Below the pieces are notes generated by a model, which made no database searches, was not told the origin of the DNA, and saw only the letters and a list, made by a program, of their open reading frames with translations. This document shows positions 10,045 to 18,420 of a stretch of DNA of 41,076 bases, piece after piece (the first letter of the stretch is position 1; each line of letters starts with the position of its first letter). Made by a program: the position numbers and the translations under genes. This DNA is from Candidatus Bathyarchaeum sp. (GTDB taxonomy: Archaea; Thermoproteota; Bathyarchaeia; Bathyarchaeales; Bathyarchaeaceae). The stretch spans positions 1 through 41,076 of the forward strand of contig JAOZIF010000192.1 in NCBI GenBank assembly GCA_026014495.1, written 5' to 3'.

Positions 10045-10287
10045 ATGTCCCAAAAAAAGATGTTCGAAGTTAAATGCACTGATTGCGGCAAATCTACTAC
10101 TGTGCCTTTTGAACCCACAAAAGGTAAACCAGTTTACTGCAGAGCATGTTTTCCAAAACACAGGTCTAATCAACGAAGAACGCCTAGTGAGCCCATCAGC
10201 TTTAATATGAAAAATGCATGGGCAAGGCGAGGCGATAAGGTGCACGAAAGAAAACCAGAACATCACAGCGTTTTCAAAAAGATGTAG
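10045..10287 (+). CDS. CxxC-x17-CxxC zinc-ribbon protein
   Basis: CTDC-GKSTTVPFEPTKGKPVY(17)-CRAC, a basic tail, and a GAGGTGA RBS. Confidence 0.9.
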   Translation: MSQKKMFEVKCTDCGKSTTVPFEPTKGKPVYCRACFPKHRSNQRRTPSEPISFNMKNAWARRGDKVHERKPEHHSVFKKM

Positions 10288-10463
10288 TTTATTGCATGTT
10301 CACCGGTGGTGAATTCACCGGCAACTATACATCCACCGTTTTTGGTTACTCACTTTATATTTTAATCATACTTCAGCTGTTCACTTATTTCCTGTTACTT
10401 AAATACATTTAAAAGGGCAGTGGTTGTTTTTGAGTTAATGTTTAACTTTGTAGGTGTACGTTT

Positions 10464-10673
10464 TTGGTGAAATGGGAGTATAGTGTACTTGCGTTAAAGA
10501 CTAAAATTCATATTAGTCCGCGTGAACGCGAACAAAATCCTGTCCTGCAAAATGTGCAAACTGACTTGAATGATTTGGGGGAACAGGGGTGGGAATTAGT
10601 GTGCGTTCAAAACGTTCGTTTAGAAACTGGTATGCTGTTTACTGTTGCATACCTTAAGCGCGAAAAATCATAA
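10464..10673 (+). CDS. DUF4177-domain protein
   Basis: KWEYSV...LNDLGEQGWELV pattern. Confidence 0.8.
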   Translation: MVKWEYSVLALKTKIHISPREREQNPVLQNVQTDLNDLGEQGWELVCVQNVRLETGMLFTVAYLKREKS

Positions 10674-10701
10674 TAAACTCTGTAATCAGCAGAGTATAAC
10701 T

Positions 10702-10902
10702 TTAGAGATAATACTTGTGGTCTTTAGTTTTCTTTATGCTGCCTAGAAAAGAGCCAGCAAAATAGTCTAACCAGCACTGTTCCTGAACATCTAGTTTAGC
10801 CTCTGAAAAAGTTACAGCCGTTTCCTCTGAAACAGCTCCCACTTTCTCAAATTTTCTGATAATCCGTTGACGCATTTTAAATTGAATCCCCGACATAGAC
10901 AA
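10702..10902 (-). CDS. Small hypothetical protein (possible winged-helix-like)
   Basis: Protein-like 66-aa ORF (IIRKFEKVGAVSEETAVT...KKTKDHKYYL) filling an intergenic gap. Confidence 0.6.
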   Translation of the reverse strand: MSMSGIQFKMRQRIIRKFEKVGAVSEETAVTFSEAKLDVQEQCWLDYFAGSFLGSIKKTKDHKYYL

Positions 10903-11097
10903 CTCGTATCATGCTTCCTATTTTCACTTACAGAATACTCAAAATAAACGACAAACCACTGCACGCCTTTTTGTCGTCATTCACTAAGAGAATTCTACGG
11001 GCTAATATAAGGCAGCGTTGCATATATAGCGTGCGGGTTTTAGGCTACTTTTTGCTTTTACTGTTTTGTCCCTCTATTTGTTGATTGCCCTGTTCTG

Positions 11098-11478
11098 TTA
11101 AACATTGATTTTCTTTGGTTTTCCTTCCCAAACTCCGTGTAGGTTACAAAATTCTTGTGCCCTTAGTGTGGTGGACTCGTTCAAGGTTACATTAAGTGTT
11201 ACAACGTAGCCATCTGACAGCTCAGCGCCAAACTCTATCTTAGAAATTAATCGTTCTCCCGCATAAAGTGCAACCCAGTTTATCCAGTGGCTCAAAGTGT
11301 TAGGGTGCTCAACTCCGTCTATTCCACCGACCTTAATTTTCACGACAAAAGGTTCGTTGGCTTTAACGTTGCTTGGGGCCTCAATTATGGGCACATGTTT
11401 TTTTGCCATTACAGGTAGATTACTCCAGTCTGCTGGTTTGTTTAATTCAGTTAAAGAAAACTCTTTTTCGGTACTCAA
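11098..11478 (-). CDS. sor: Superoxide reductase, 1Fe neelaredoxin type (class II SORL domain)
   Basis: KKHVP, EHP, SHWI and CNLHG give the four His plus one Cys iron ligands. GGGAG RBS, TTG start. Confidence 0.9.
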   Translation of the reverse strand: MSTEKEFSLTELNKPADWSNLPVMAKKHVPIIEAPSNVKANEPFVVKIKVGGIDGVEHPNTLSHWINWVALYAGERLISKIEFGAELSDGYVVTLNVTLNESTTLRAQEFCNLHGVWEGKPKKINV

Positions 11479-11527
11479 AAATTACAACTCCCAAAAAATA
11501 CTGCTTTTCGGAGTCTAAAAAACATTC

Positions 11528-13084
11528 TTATATCTTCACTTCTACGCCCTTTTCTGGTCTATGAACTTTTCCTGCAGAGTTCCTAAACATTTCAGGATGT
11601 TGTGTGTGAACAGGAACCAACATCTTTGGTTTGATTTTATCGATCATCTCTTGTATTTCAGGACCAGACGCGTGACCGCTGGCATGAATCTGATGTGGCT
11701 TCCAGCCATTATCAGTGTTGATGTTAAAGTGCTTTAGCCAACGTAACAGCCGCTTATGCGAAAGCTCCATCTTAGGATTAAACGGTTCACATTGTGCTCT
11801 CACAAAAACGGAGCCTTCTGGAAGCTCAAAGTCTAGGATATTCTTGAACCTAAAATAATCTAAGTGCAAAACGTAACTGGACGGGTTCTCGTTAAGTTCA
11901 AGAGCAGAAACTCCCTTCTCAAGATGCTTTGTATCCACCACTATATCGTCGCGTTTGTTGCTCCATTCCGAAAGCGCCATGTCTCCAACTTTGTGTTTGG
12001 AGTTGCTATAATCTCCCGGAGAATAAAGCATTGACCCACATCTTTCAAGAAACACTCTGGCGCCCTCATCATATGCGCTTCGTCCAATCCTGCCCAACAA
12101 ATATGCTAACCGCGGATCAAAAACTGGAATTCTGCCACTCTTTATTGCTGCATCACGCACAGTCTCGTACCTGTCTATGTCCTTCCATGTGAATCCAACC
12201 ATTGCCAAGCCTTTGCATTTAGAAAATATGTCCGTTAGGTCTGTTTCCACTTGTTTTTCGTTGTCCGGCTCTTTTTTGTCAATGCGTGTTCCTTCACAAA
12301 ACATTACATCCGGCTCAAGGCCACATAATTCATCGCCTAAATTGTAGCCAGACTTGCCATGAAATCGCACATCTCCAGTATACAACACCTGTGTGCTTTT
12401 ATTTTCTACAAGGCACGCCATTGATCCTGGTATCGAGTGGTCCACATTAAATCCTGTAACGGTGAATTTGTTGTTGATTGTCTGGGCTTTTTTGTGTTCC
12501 AGATTACAGAATTCCCTGTTTGCCTCTTGTTTTGAGTAGCCGATTTTGGGTTCGCCCGGAAAATATCCTGTTTTTAGCTCCCCCATCTCGCGCTCCTTTG
12601 TGGCTGTTAGTTGTTTGTCTAAGCCCTGCAGGTTTCCAATTTCAGCTACTGCATCCATCAGTTTTTGGGTCATCTGAGAACATAAGAACGGAAATGCGCC
12701 CAGATATGGGGCATACCCGCAGTGGTCTAGGTGCGCATGTGAGATGAATACTGCGTCAGGGCGCCACGAGCCTGTTTTTGTTGCATCTTCAAACGTTTGT
12801 ACATCTGTTTTCCACAACTTTTCTGCCTTAATATTGTAGTCTTCAAAATCTGTTGGGCATATGGCGTCTTGCCTGTAGATTCCGTCTATTTGTGGTAATA
12901 GTCCCAGTTTCAGTAAATCGTGTATTTTGCATCCTGATCGTGGCTGCAAAAATTCTTCAAAAAACTGGCTTTCTTCACTGTATGATAAGCCAAAATCGAG
13001 GAACATGGAACCTTTGTCGAGTTTGACAAGTATTTTGTTTCCTCCAATGTCATCTACTCCCCCATAGCAAGTGAATTTAATCAT
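11528..13084 (-). CDS. Metallo-beta-lactamase fold, beta-CASP family nuclease (RNase J-like)
   Basis: GGVDDIGGNK, FLDFG, HAHLDH, DHSIPG, YTGD, CEGT, HASGH and PVHTQH motifs. Start placed at ATG 13084. Confidence 0.85.
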   Translation of the reverse strand: MIKFTCYGGVDDIGGNKILVKLDKGSMFLDFGLSYSEESQFFEEFLQPRSGCKIHDLLKLGLLPQIDGIYRQDAICPTDFEDYNIKAEKLWKTDVQTFEDATKTGSWRPDAVFISHAHLDHCGYAPYLGAFPFLCSQMTQKLMDAVAEIGNLQGLDKQLTATKEREMGELKTGYFPGEPKIGYSKQEANREFCNLEHKKAQTINNKFTVTGFNVDHSIPGSMACLVENKSTQVLYTGDVRFHGKSGYNLGDELCGLEPDVMFCEGTRIDKKEPDNEKQVETDLTDIFSKCKGLAMVGFTWKDIDRYETVRDAAIKSGRIPVFDPRLAYLLGRIGRSAYDEGARVFLERCGSMLYSPGDYSNSKHKVGDMALSEWSNKRDDIVVDTKHLEKGVSALELNENPSSYVLHLDYFRFKNILDFELPEGSVFVRAQCEPFNPKMELSHKRLLRWLKHFNINTDNGWKPHQIHASGHASGPEIQEMIDKIKPKMLVPVHTQHPEMFRNSAGKVHRPEKGVEVKI

Positions 13085-13145
13085 AAACTGCAGCCCCACA
13101 ACAAGAGTTAGTTCTCAAGAGCCAAATATAAAACGTGCCAAACTG

Positions 13146-13724
13146 TCATGTTTTTTCTAGAAACCTATAGATTGCCAAGTCATATTGTGCGGTTTCTTTG
13201 AATGCTTCCACCGCCAAAGCTTTTCTTGTTTTGGCACTTACCTCACCGTTTTTCTTGTATTCTATTATGATTTGATTGTACCTTTTGGGGTTAACAATCA
13301 CAACTACGTTTTCAAAATTTTTTGCTGCTGCCCTAACCATATTAGGCCCACCTATGTCAATATTTTCTAGGGCTGTTTTTAGGCTCGCTCCTTGTTGTGT
13401 TACCTTTACAAAAGGATACAAATTGCAAACAACCATGTCAACCGGTTCCGCTCCAAACCTTTCAAGCTCGTTCATGTGCTCGTTTTTGTCTCTTTGTGCA
13501 AGTATGCCCCCCATCAGTTTTGGATGCTCAGTTTTGACTCTGCCTTCCAGTATTTCAGGAAAGCCTGTAACCTCAGAAACGTGTTTTAGGCGTTTAACTC
13601 CACCCTTCTTTAGGCTTTCTAGTGTTCCGCCTGTCGAAATTACTGTAAATCCCAATTTGTTTAGTTCTTTGGCAAAGTCAACTATTCCTGTTTTGTCGTA
13701 AACTGAAATCAGGGCACTCTTCAT
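13146..13724 (-). CDS. purH: Stand-alone IMP cyclohydrolase (PurH N-terminal MGS-like domain)
   Basis: SVYDKTG, STGGT, TGFPEILEGRVKTEHP, VCNLYPF, IDIGGPNMVRAAAKN. No AICAR transformylase domain. Start placed at ATG 13724. Confidence 0.9.
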   Translation of the reverse strand: MKSALISVYDKTGIVDFAKELNKLGFTVISTGGTLESLKKGGVKRLKHVSEVTGFPEILEGRVKTEHPKLMGGILAQRDKNEHMNELERFGAEPVDMVVCNLYPFVKVTQQGASLKTALENIDIGGPNMVRAAAKNFENVVVIVNPKRYNQIIIEYKKNGEVSAKTRKALAVEAFKETAQYDLAIYRFLEKT

Positions 13725-13916
13725 ACTTGTTAGCACCAACTAATACTACTGTTATGGTTTATAGTAACAAAAGTCTTTCAATCCTAATTTTTATGACAAA
13801 AATTAAAAGCACTAACATGACAATAAACTAAATGGAAACAGGTTCATTTTATGAATCTGATTCTAAAAATGCAAAGACAAAGTAGACTTAAAGAAGCAAA
13901 ATAAGGAGGTGTCTAT

Positions 13917-14192
13917 GTGTCAAAGGATGCAAACACGATCTATGTTGGGACAAAACCTGCAATGAGCTACGTTTTGGCGGTGATTACTCATTTCAACGAA
14001 GCTAAAGTAAAAGATGTTACCTTGAAGGCTAGAGGTCGAGCAATAACAACTGCTATAGATGTGGTCGAAATAGTTCGTCGCAAATTCATAAAAGAACTGA
14101 AAACTGCCAAAATAGAGATTGGAACTGAAGAATTGCAACGAGAAGATGGAACAAGAAACGTTTCAACAATAGAAATAAACTTGAAGCGCTGA
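13917..14192 (+). CDS. albA: DNA/RNA-binding protein Alba
   Basis: IYVGTKPAMSYVLA, LKARGRAITTAIDVVE, RNVSTIEI. AGGAGGTG RBS, GTG start. Confidence 0.95.
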   Translation: MSKDANTIYVGTKPAMSYVLAVITHFNEAKVKDVTLKARGRAITTAIDVVEIVRRKFIKELKTAKIEIGTEELQREDGTRNVSTIEINLKR

Positions 14193-14304
14193 CCGTCTGG
14201 CCGCTTTTATTTCTGAAATAAAATCCCCGTTTTTGTCTTTTTCTTTTTTCTGTTTGCCCCGTAACCTTATGGTTGTAGTCGTACTATTTTTGGCGCGTTT
14301 TTGT

Positions 14305-14652
14305 TTAGAAAGAGTCGTCTTGTTTTAGATAGTAATCGTCCTCTTTTTTTGCTCCAAAGCTTCTTACGCCCTTCGTTTTAAGTTGTTTTCTAAGTTTTTT
14401 GGCGTATTCTGGGCTTATTTCCTGTCTTTTTTCTAAGTAGCAGATTATCTCTTCGGCTTGCTCTGCTTTGTCGCATCTACGGAGAAAATCAATCGCATCT
14501 GGATTGTAGCTTATAAATTTTTTTGCAACTGCCTGCTCGGCAGTAGATGCGTCCGATCGAACCGCATTTATTTTTGTTCCACCGTTTTCCTTTGTAATTT
14601 CTTGAGCTAGGTTCGGGAACATTTTTTGAAACTTTTTCTTTTCAAGGTCCAT
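14305..14652 (-). CDS. DUF2095-family archaeal protein
   Basis: FQKMFPNLAQEI...YNPDAIDFLRRC...GVRSFGAKKEDDYY. Confidence 0.8.
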   Translation of the reverse strand: MDLEKKKFQKMFPNLAQEITKENGGTKINAVRSDASTAEQAVAKKFISYNPDAIDFLRRCDKAEQAEEIICYLEKRQEISPEYAKKLRKQLKTKGVRSFGAKKEDDYYLKQDDSF

Positions 14653-14747
14653 CTTTGGGATTTCTCCTTTTGATGATTTTTTGCTGTTGAGTGTTTTTCT
14701 GTATTTTTTCTTTTAGCGAACACCTATTTAAATTGTAATCGGCTTTT

Positions 14748-15434
14748 TTAGGTGGGCACAAACTTTTGAAGCGGATTCTCTTTTAGTGTTCTGGCAAGCT
14801 GGTTTAGGTTTAGTCCTGCTTTTACATCTCCGTATGTTTCGCATCTTTCTTCTTGCCCCAGATGCTCTGGGCTTCGAACCACAATTTCTACACCATCTCT
14901 AGATTGAAGAATGACATGAATGTGAAACGATGACTCTTTGTTACCTGCTTTAGTTACTGACCGCAACTCTGAGCTTCCAATTTTATAATTTTGTTTCTGA
15001 AGCTTTTCTACTACCTGAATGTGGTCCTGACAAAACACATGCACGTCTATATCACTGTTTTTGCGGGCTGTTCCTCTCCAAACACTTCCTACAAGACATG
15101 GACTAAACTCTTTGACTGTTTCCATAATCTCTTTTGCCTCTTTTCGCATTCTTAGAAGCAGTTCCCTTCTTTGGGGGCCTTCTATTTCTTCGGCGATTCT
15201 GTCAAGCTCTTGTGCTACTTCAAAGTTGCTTGGAAGACCTCGAGCCCCTAGTGTTTCTGCTGCCCTTTGTTTGGCTTGTTTGTACTCTTTTTCTTGGGAC
15301 GTGTAGAGCAGCTGTGCCGCTTCTTGGGCAACTTTGTTTCTTAACATTTTTGAACGGTTGCCTTTCAAAGCAGTTCCCTTACTCCATATTACTTGTGGAT
15401 GAAACTTTTGGGTGTTGCTGTCTGTTTTATTCAT
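14748..15434 (-). CDS. Pol-beta-family nucleotidyltransferase-domain protein
   Basis: GSVWRG...SDIDVHV signature and N-terminal KVAQEAAQLLY helix. Start uncertain (15443, 15434 or later). Confidence 0.8.
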   Translation of the reverse strand: MNKTDSNTQKFHPQVIWSKGTALKGNRSKMLRNKVAQEAAQLLYTSQEKEYKQAKQRAAETLGARGLPSNFEVAQELDRIAEEIEGPQRRELLLRMRKEAKEIMETVKEFSPCLVGSVWRGTARKNSDIDVHVFCQDHIQVVEKLQKQNYKIGSSELRSVTKAGNKESSFHIHVILQSRDGVEIVVRSPEHLGQEERCETYGDVKAGLNLNQLARTLKENPLQKFVPT

Positions 15435-15562
15435 TAGATGCATGGTCGCAGACGTAAACCAAGTAAACAATATGTGATTACTTTAAAGCTGGGTCAATAA
15501 CAACAAAAAAATAAAAAAAGAAAAAAAGGTTCTAAACGAAGGCTTGACATCAGCTTGTGATG

Positions 15563-15700
15563 TTAGTATCTTCTTCGTTTAGCAAAGCATTCTCTGCAGT
15601 ATACAGGTCTAGCGCCGCTAGGCTTGAATGGTACTTCACACTCTTTGCCGCACTCTGCGCATGTTGCTTTATGCATTTCGCGATTCTCTCTATAAGACAA
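15563..15700 (-). CDS. Second CxxC-x17-CxxC zinc-ribbon protein (45 aa; absent from the ORF track)
   Basis: Manual translation: MSYRENREMHKATCAECGKECEVPFKPSGARPVYCRECFAKRRRY*. TTG start 9 nt after GGAGGTG; T-rich tract downstream. Confidence 0.92.
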   Translation of the reverse strand: MSYRENREMHKATCAECGKECEVPFKPSGARPVYCRECFAKRRRY

Positions 15701-15785
15701 GTTAACTTACACCTCCGATTTACTCGAAAAGAACTAGTTCTTATTTGACTCCAATTCTTACGTGTAAGCTCAATTGCTTCATTTA

Positions 15786-15794
15786 CTTATAAAG
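15786..15794 (-). promoter_or_regulatory. Candidate TATA box of the second CxxC-x17-CxxC gene
   Basis: CTTTATAAG on the minus strand about 90 nt upstream of TTG 15700. Confidence 0.45.
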
Positions 15795-15840
15795 CGTCCG
15801 CTAAATTTTAACACTAAACATTTGGTCCACAAATTTTTTT

Positions 15841-17301
15841 TCAATCCATAACCTCTGTGAAAAATAGCCTTGTTTGTCCCATTGTCTTGATATCCAGTGC
15901 CCTGACTTTTGCCATTACAGGAAAATCGTTAACCGCTTTTCCAATGAGCAAACAGTGATGGGGTGGAAGTTCCTGAGCAATAGACTTCACAGTTTCTGAA
16001 TCAACTCTTGCGGCCTTTGATACCGTCTCCAAATCGCGGCCATTTGTGAAGTTGAACAAAAAGATGCTGTCGGCTTGGCGGTAGATGTTCTCTTTTATTG
16101 TGTCAGGCTGATTAGTTACAAAGTTAGTAAACAAACCAAAATGTCTCATTCGAGTAACAATATCTTCCCAGTACGTTTCCCTGAGGTAAAGATGAGCCTC
16201 CTCAGCAAACAAGAAAACGGACTTGAGCTTCCACTGCCCCAAAAGTTTCACAAGATTCCCAAGAGTATACTCTAGCACAATCTGACGGTCAACGGCTGAA
16301 ACATCCTTTAAGTTAATCACCAGTGCTCCGCCGTCATTCTTTGTTTTTTCAAAGAGCTTCTCAAAACTTGTTGCTGACTCTTCGTTGTCTGTAAAAAAGC
16401 CCGAATTTACAAGACTATAATAACGAGAAAACAGGGCATCACGCACGTGCATGTTTCCTCCTGATTGTTTGATTGCTTCTCCAAGCGCTTCAAGAGAGAT
16501 GTTTCTTTGTTGGCACAACGTTTTCCATATGTGCTTAAATTCTCTGGTGGATGTTCCGGGTAGACCCAGCGCGTGAATCATTATCTTTAAGATGACGCTT
16601 AAGCCCATCTGAGCCAAAGACACCTTGAAGTTGGCTCCTGGAGTAAGTACATGCACTCTGCTGCTGTACTGGTTTTCTCCTCCTTTTGTGGACAGCCCCA
16701 GTCCAGTGTATTCGCCGTTAAGGTCAAGAACCACAACCGTGGCCTTGTAGTCAACAAGCCCCAAAACAAGCAGTTTTGAAAGATGCGACTTTCCCGTTCC
16801 CTTTTTGCCTGTTATGATGTTTAGTCTACCATCAAGGTCATGAGCTGTTATGCTCAAAGGCGAACCATCATTTGTTACGCCAATGTTAATGGGAAGCTCT
16901 TTGTTGCAACCAACATGCGCCAGCAACGCGTTGATTGGAATTTTTGTGATTCCCGACTTGGAGCGGCTAGGAAGCCACGAAGAATTAACGCGTAGTGTAT
17001 CATTTTGTATTGTTCCCCTGATTTTGCAGATGAGCATTCGAGCGTCTTGTATGTGGTTTATGTGTGACGAAACGCCTAATGGGTCAAAGTCTTCGCCATA
17101 AATTTGTTCTTCGGATGTGGAATCACGCAGAAGCTCTTCAAGAAGCCCTGGAACCGCTGCGAACTGAACATCTATTACCTGTGTAATTAGTTTCCTGTTG
17201 ATTGTTGTGTCCTCTACGAGAAGATAATCGCCCTTCTCAACATCGTCGCTTGGGGCGCTGAGAATCTGGATGCTGTTTCCCTCTTTCTTGTAGAGCCTCA
17301 T
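15841..17301 (-). CDS. herA: HerA-like/DUF87 ATPase with N-terminal HAS-barrel-like domain
   Basis: Walker A GKKGTGKS, VVLDLNGEY, Walker B FLFAEEAH and Arg-finger RMRHFG. ATGA overlap with the upstream NurA-like gene. May be a paralog rather than the ortholog. Confidence 0.75.
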   Translation of the reverse strand: MRLYKKEGNSIQILSAPSDDVEKGDYLLVEDTTINRKLITQVIDVQFAAVPGLLEELLRDSTSEEQIYGEDFDPLGVSSHINHIQDARMLICKIRGTIQNDTLRVNSSWLPSRSKSGITKIPINALLAHVGCNKELPINIGVTNDGSPLSITAHDLDGRLNIITGKKGTGKSHLSKLLVLGLVDYKATVVVLDLNGEYTGLGLSTKGGENQYSSRVHVLTPGANFKVSLAQMGLSVILKIMIHALGLPGTSTREFKHIWKTLCQQRNISLEALGEAIKQSGGNMHVRDALFSRYYSLVNSGFFTDNEESATSFEKLFEKTKNDGGALVINLKDVSAVDRQIVLEYTLGNLVKLLGQWKLKSVFLFAEEAHLYLRETYWEDIVTRMRHFGLFTNFVTNQPDTIKENIYRQADSIFLFNFTNGRDLETVSKAARVDSETVKSIAQELPPHHCLLIGKAVNDFPVMAKVRALDIKTMGQTRLFFTEVMD

Positions 17302-18386
17302 TGTTTTGCCTCTCCTCCTTTTCCGAAGGGACCAAAAAGCATCCGCCGCACATTTGGTCTTGTAACTATCTTGAGACTGTACTGATGCGCTATGAAACGC
17401 TGGATTCCAATAACTTCAGTGGCTGTAAATGTTGAATAAATGTGAGCCAACCGCAACGTTTCAGGGTAGCTTTGAACAAGAAGGTCGCTTCCAAGAAGAC
17501 ACTGAACCGCTTCTATTCCCTGCTCTTTTGGAACCTTTTTGTCGATGTCTAGCCTAAACGCGCATACTCCACGAGTTAGTTTTGCGACGTAAATGTCTCC
17601 AAGCAGCAGGACTGAACCTTGAACTGCTGGAAAGTTGCCTATTTGAAGAAGGCATGGAGGCACAGCTTTTTTTGCATAATCTGTTAGTTTGTGACCTGAA
17701 AACCGCAGGTTAGTATTCTTGGAGAACGCTAAAACCGTACTTAGGCGGTTTCTTGCGGTTTCTAAAAGCCTAGACATTTCATCAACTGGACAGTCAAGCA
17801 TTCCTGCTGTCATGGAACCGTCCCATAGGATGATTGTGCTGTATGCTGAGCAGGAGATGCTCAGTTGGAGCATACGCTCAAGCAGGTTGCCCATTCTGGC
17901 TTGCATGTTGATTGTGTTTGGGGTTTCTGAGAATTCAAAGTGGCTGTTTTTGAAGAGTTTGTGGATTTCTTTTTTGTTTTGTTCTGTTATGTGAAAAGGG
18001 AACGGTCCTATTCTTTGGTATTTGTATCTGTTCTTTTGTTTCCAGACGATTGCGCCTCTTATTGCGCATAGTTCACCTGTTTGTGTTTCTCCTATGTGTA
18101 TGCTTGAGACGTCTACTGCGATGACTGGTTTTTCGTTTGTTGTTGGTTCCAGTGGGATTGTCTTTATTGTGGATGGTTGTTGAATCTTCATGATTGGTGT
18201 TGCGTCTGCAATATTGTTTGTTGGAGGTTTGTTGAGGTGTGCTTGGTTGGGTTGTAGGTAGCGGCTTTTTATGTTTTTCATGGTGCTTTGGCTTAGTTCT
18301 ATGAATGTTTGTGGGAGTTGTATGTGTTCGATGGAGGGTGGTAAGTTATATGTTGGTGTTGTTGTATAGTTTAATTGTTCAATCAA
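17298..18386 (-). CDS. nurA: NurA-like nuclease
   Basis: VIAVDVSS, ILWDGS and SYPETLRLAH match the NurA acidic and C-terminal motifs; coupled to a HerA-like gene. Confidence 0.7.
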   Translation of the reverse strand: MIEQLNYTTTPTYNLPPSIEHIQLPQTFIELSQSTMKNIKSRYLQPNQAHLNKPPTNNIADATPIMKIQQPSTIKTIPLEPTTNEKPVIAVDVSSIHIGETQTGELCAIRGAIVWKQKNRYKYQRIGPFPFHITEQNKKEIHKLFKNSHFEFSETPNTINMQARMGNLLERMLQLSISCSAYSTIILWDGSMTAGMLDCPVDEMSRLLETARNRLSTVLAFSKNTNLRFSGHKLTDYAKKAVPPCLLQIGNFPAVQGSVLLLGDIYVAKLTRGVCAFRLDIDKKVPKEQGIEAVQCLLGSDLLVQSYPETLRLAHIYSTFTATEVIGIQRFIAHQYSLKIVTRPNVRRMLFGPFGKGGEAKQ

Positions 18387-18420
18387 TAAGATTCACCAAT
18401 ATAGAAGTGGTTTAGTTGGT

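Noticed and set aside
9648-10266. ORFs 9648-9965 (+), 9962-10210 (+) and 10027-10266 (-)
   Set aside because: No recognisable motifs; they overlap promoter DNA or the real CxxC gene. The many other short ORFs nested in or antisense to real genes were rejected likewise.
14305-15434. MNT-HEPN toxin-antitoxin pair
   Set aside because: No HEPN Rx4-6H partner is present; the neighbour is DUF2095, and the nucleotidyltransferase is a longer housekeeping-type protein.
15557-15748. 63-aa plus-strand ORF from the track
   Set aside because: It is the antisense shadow of the real minus-strand zinc-ribbon gene.
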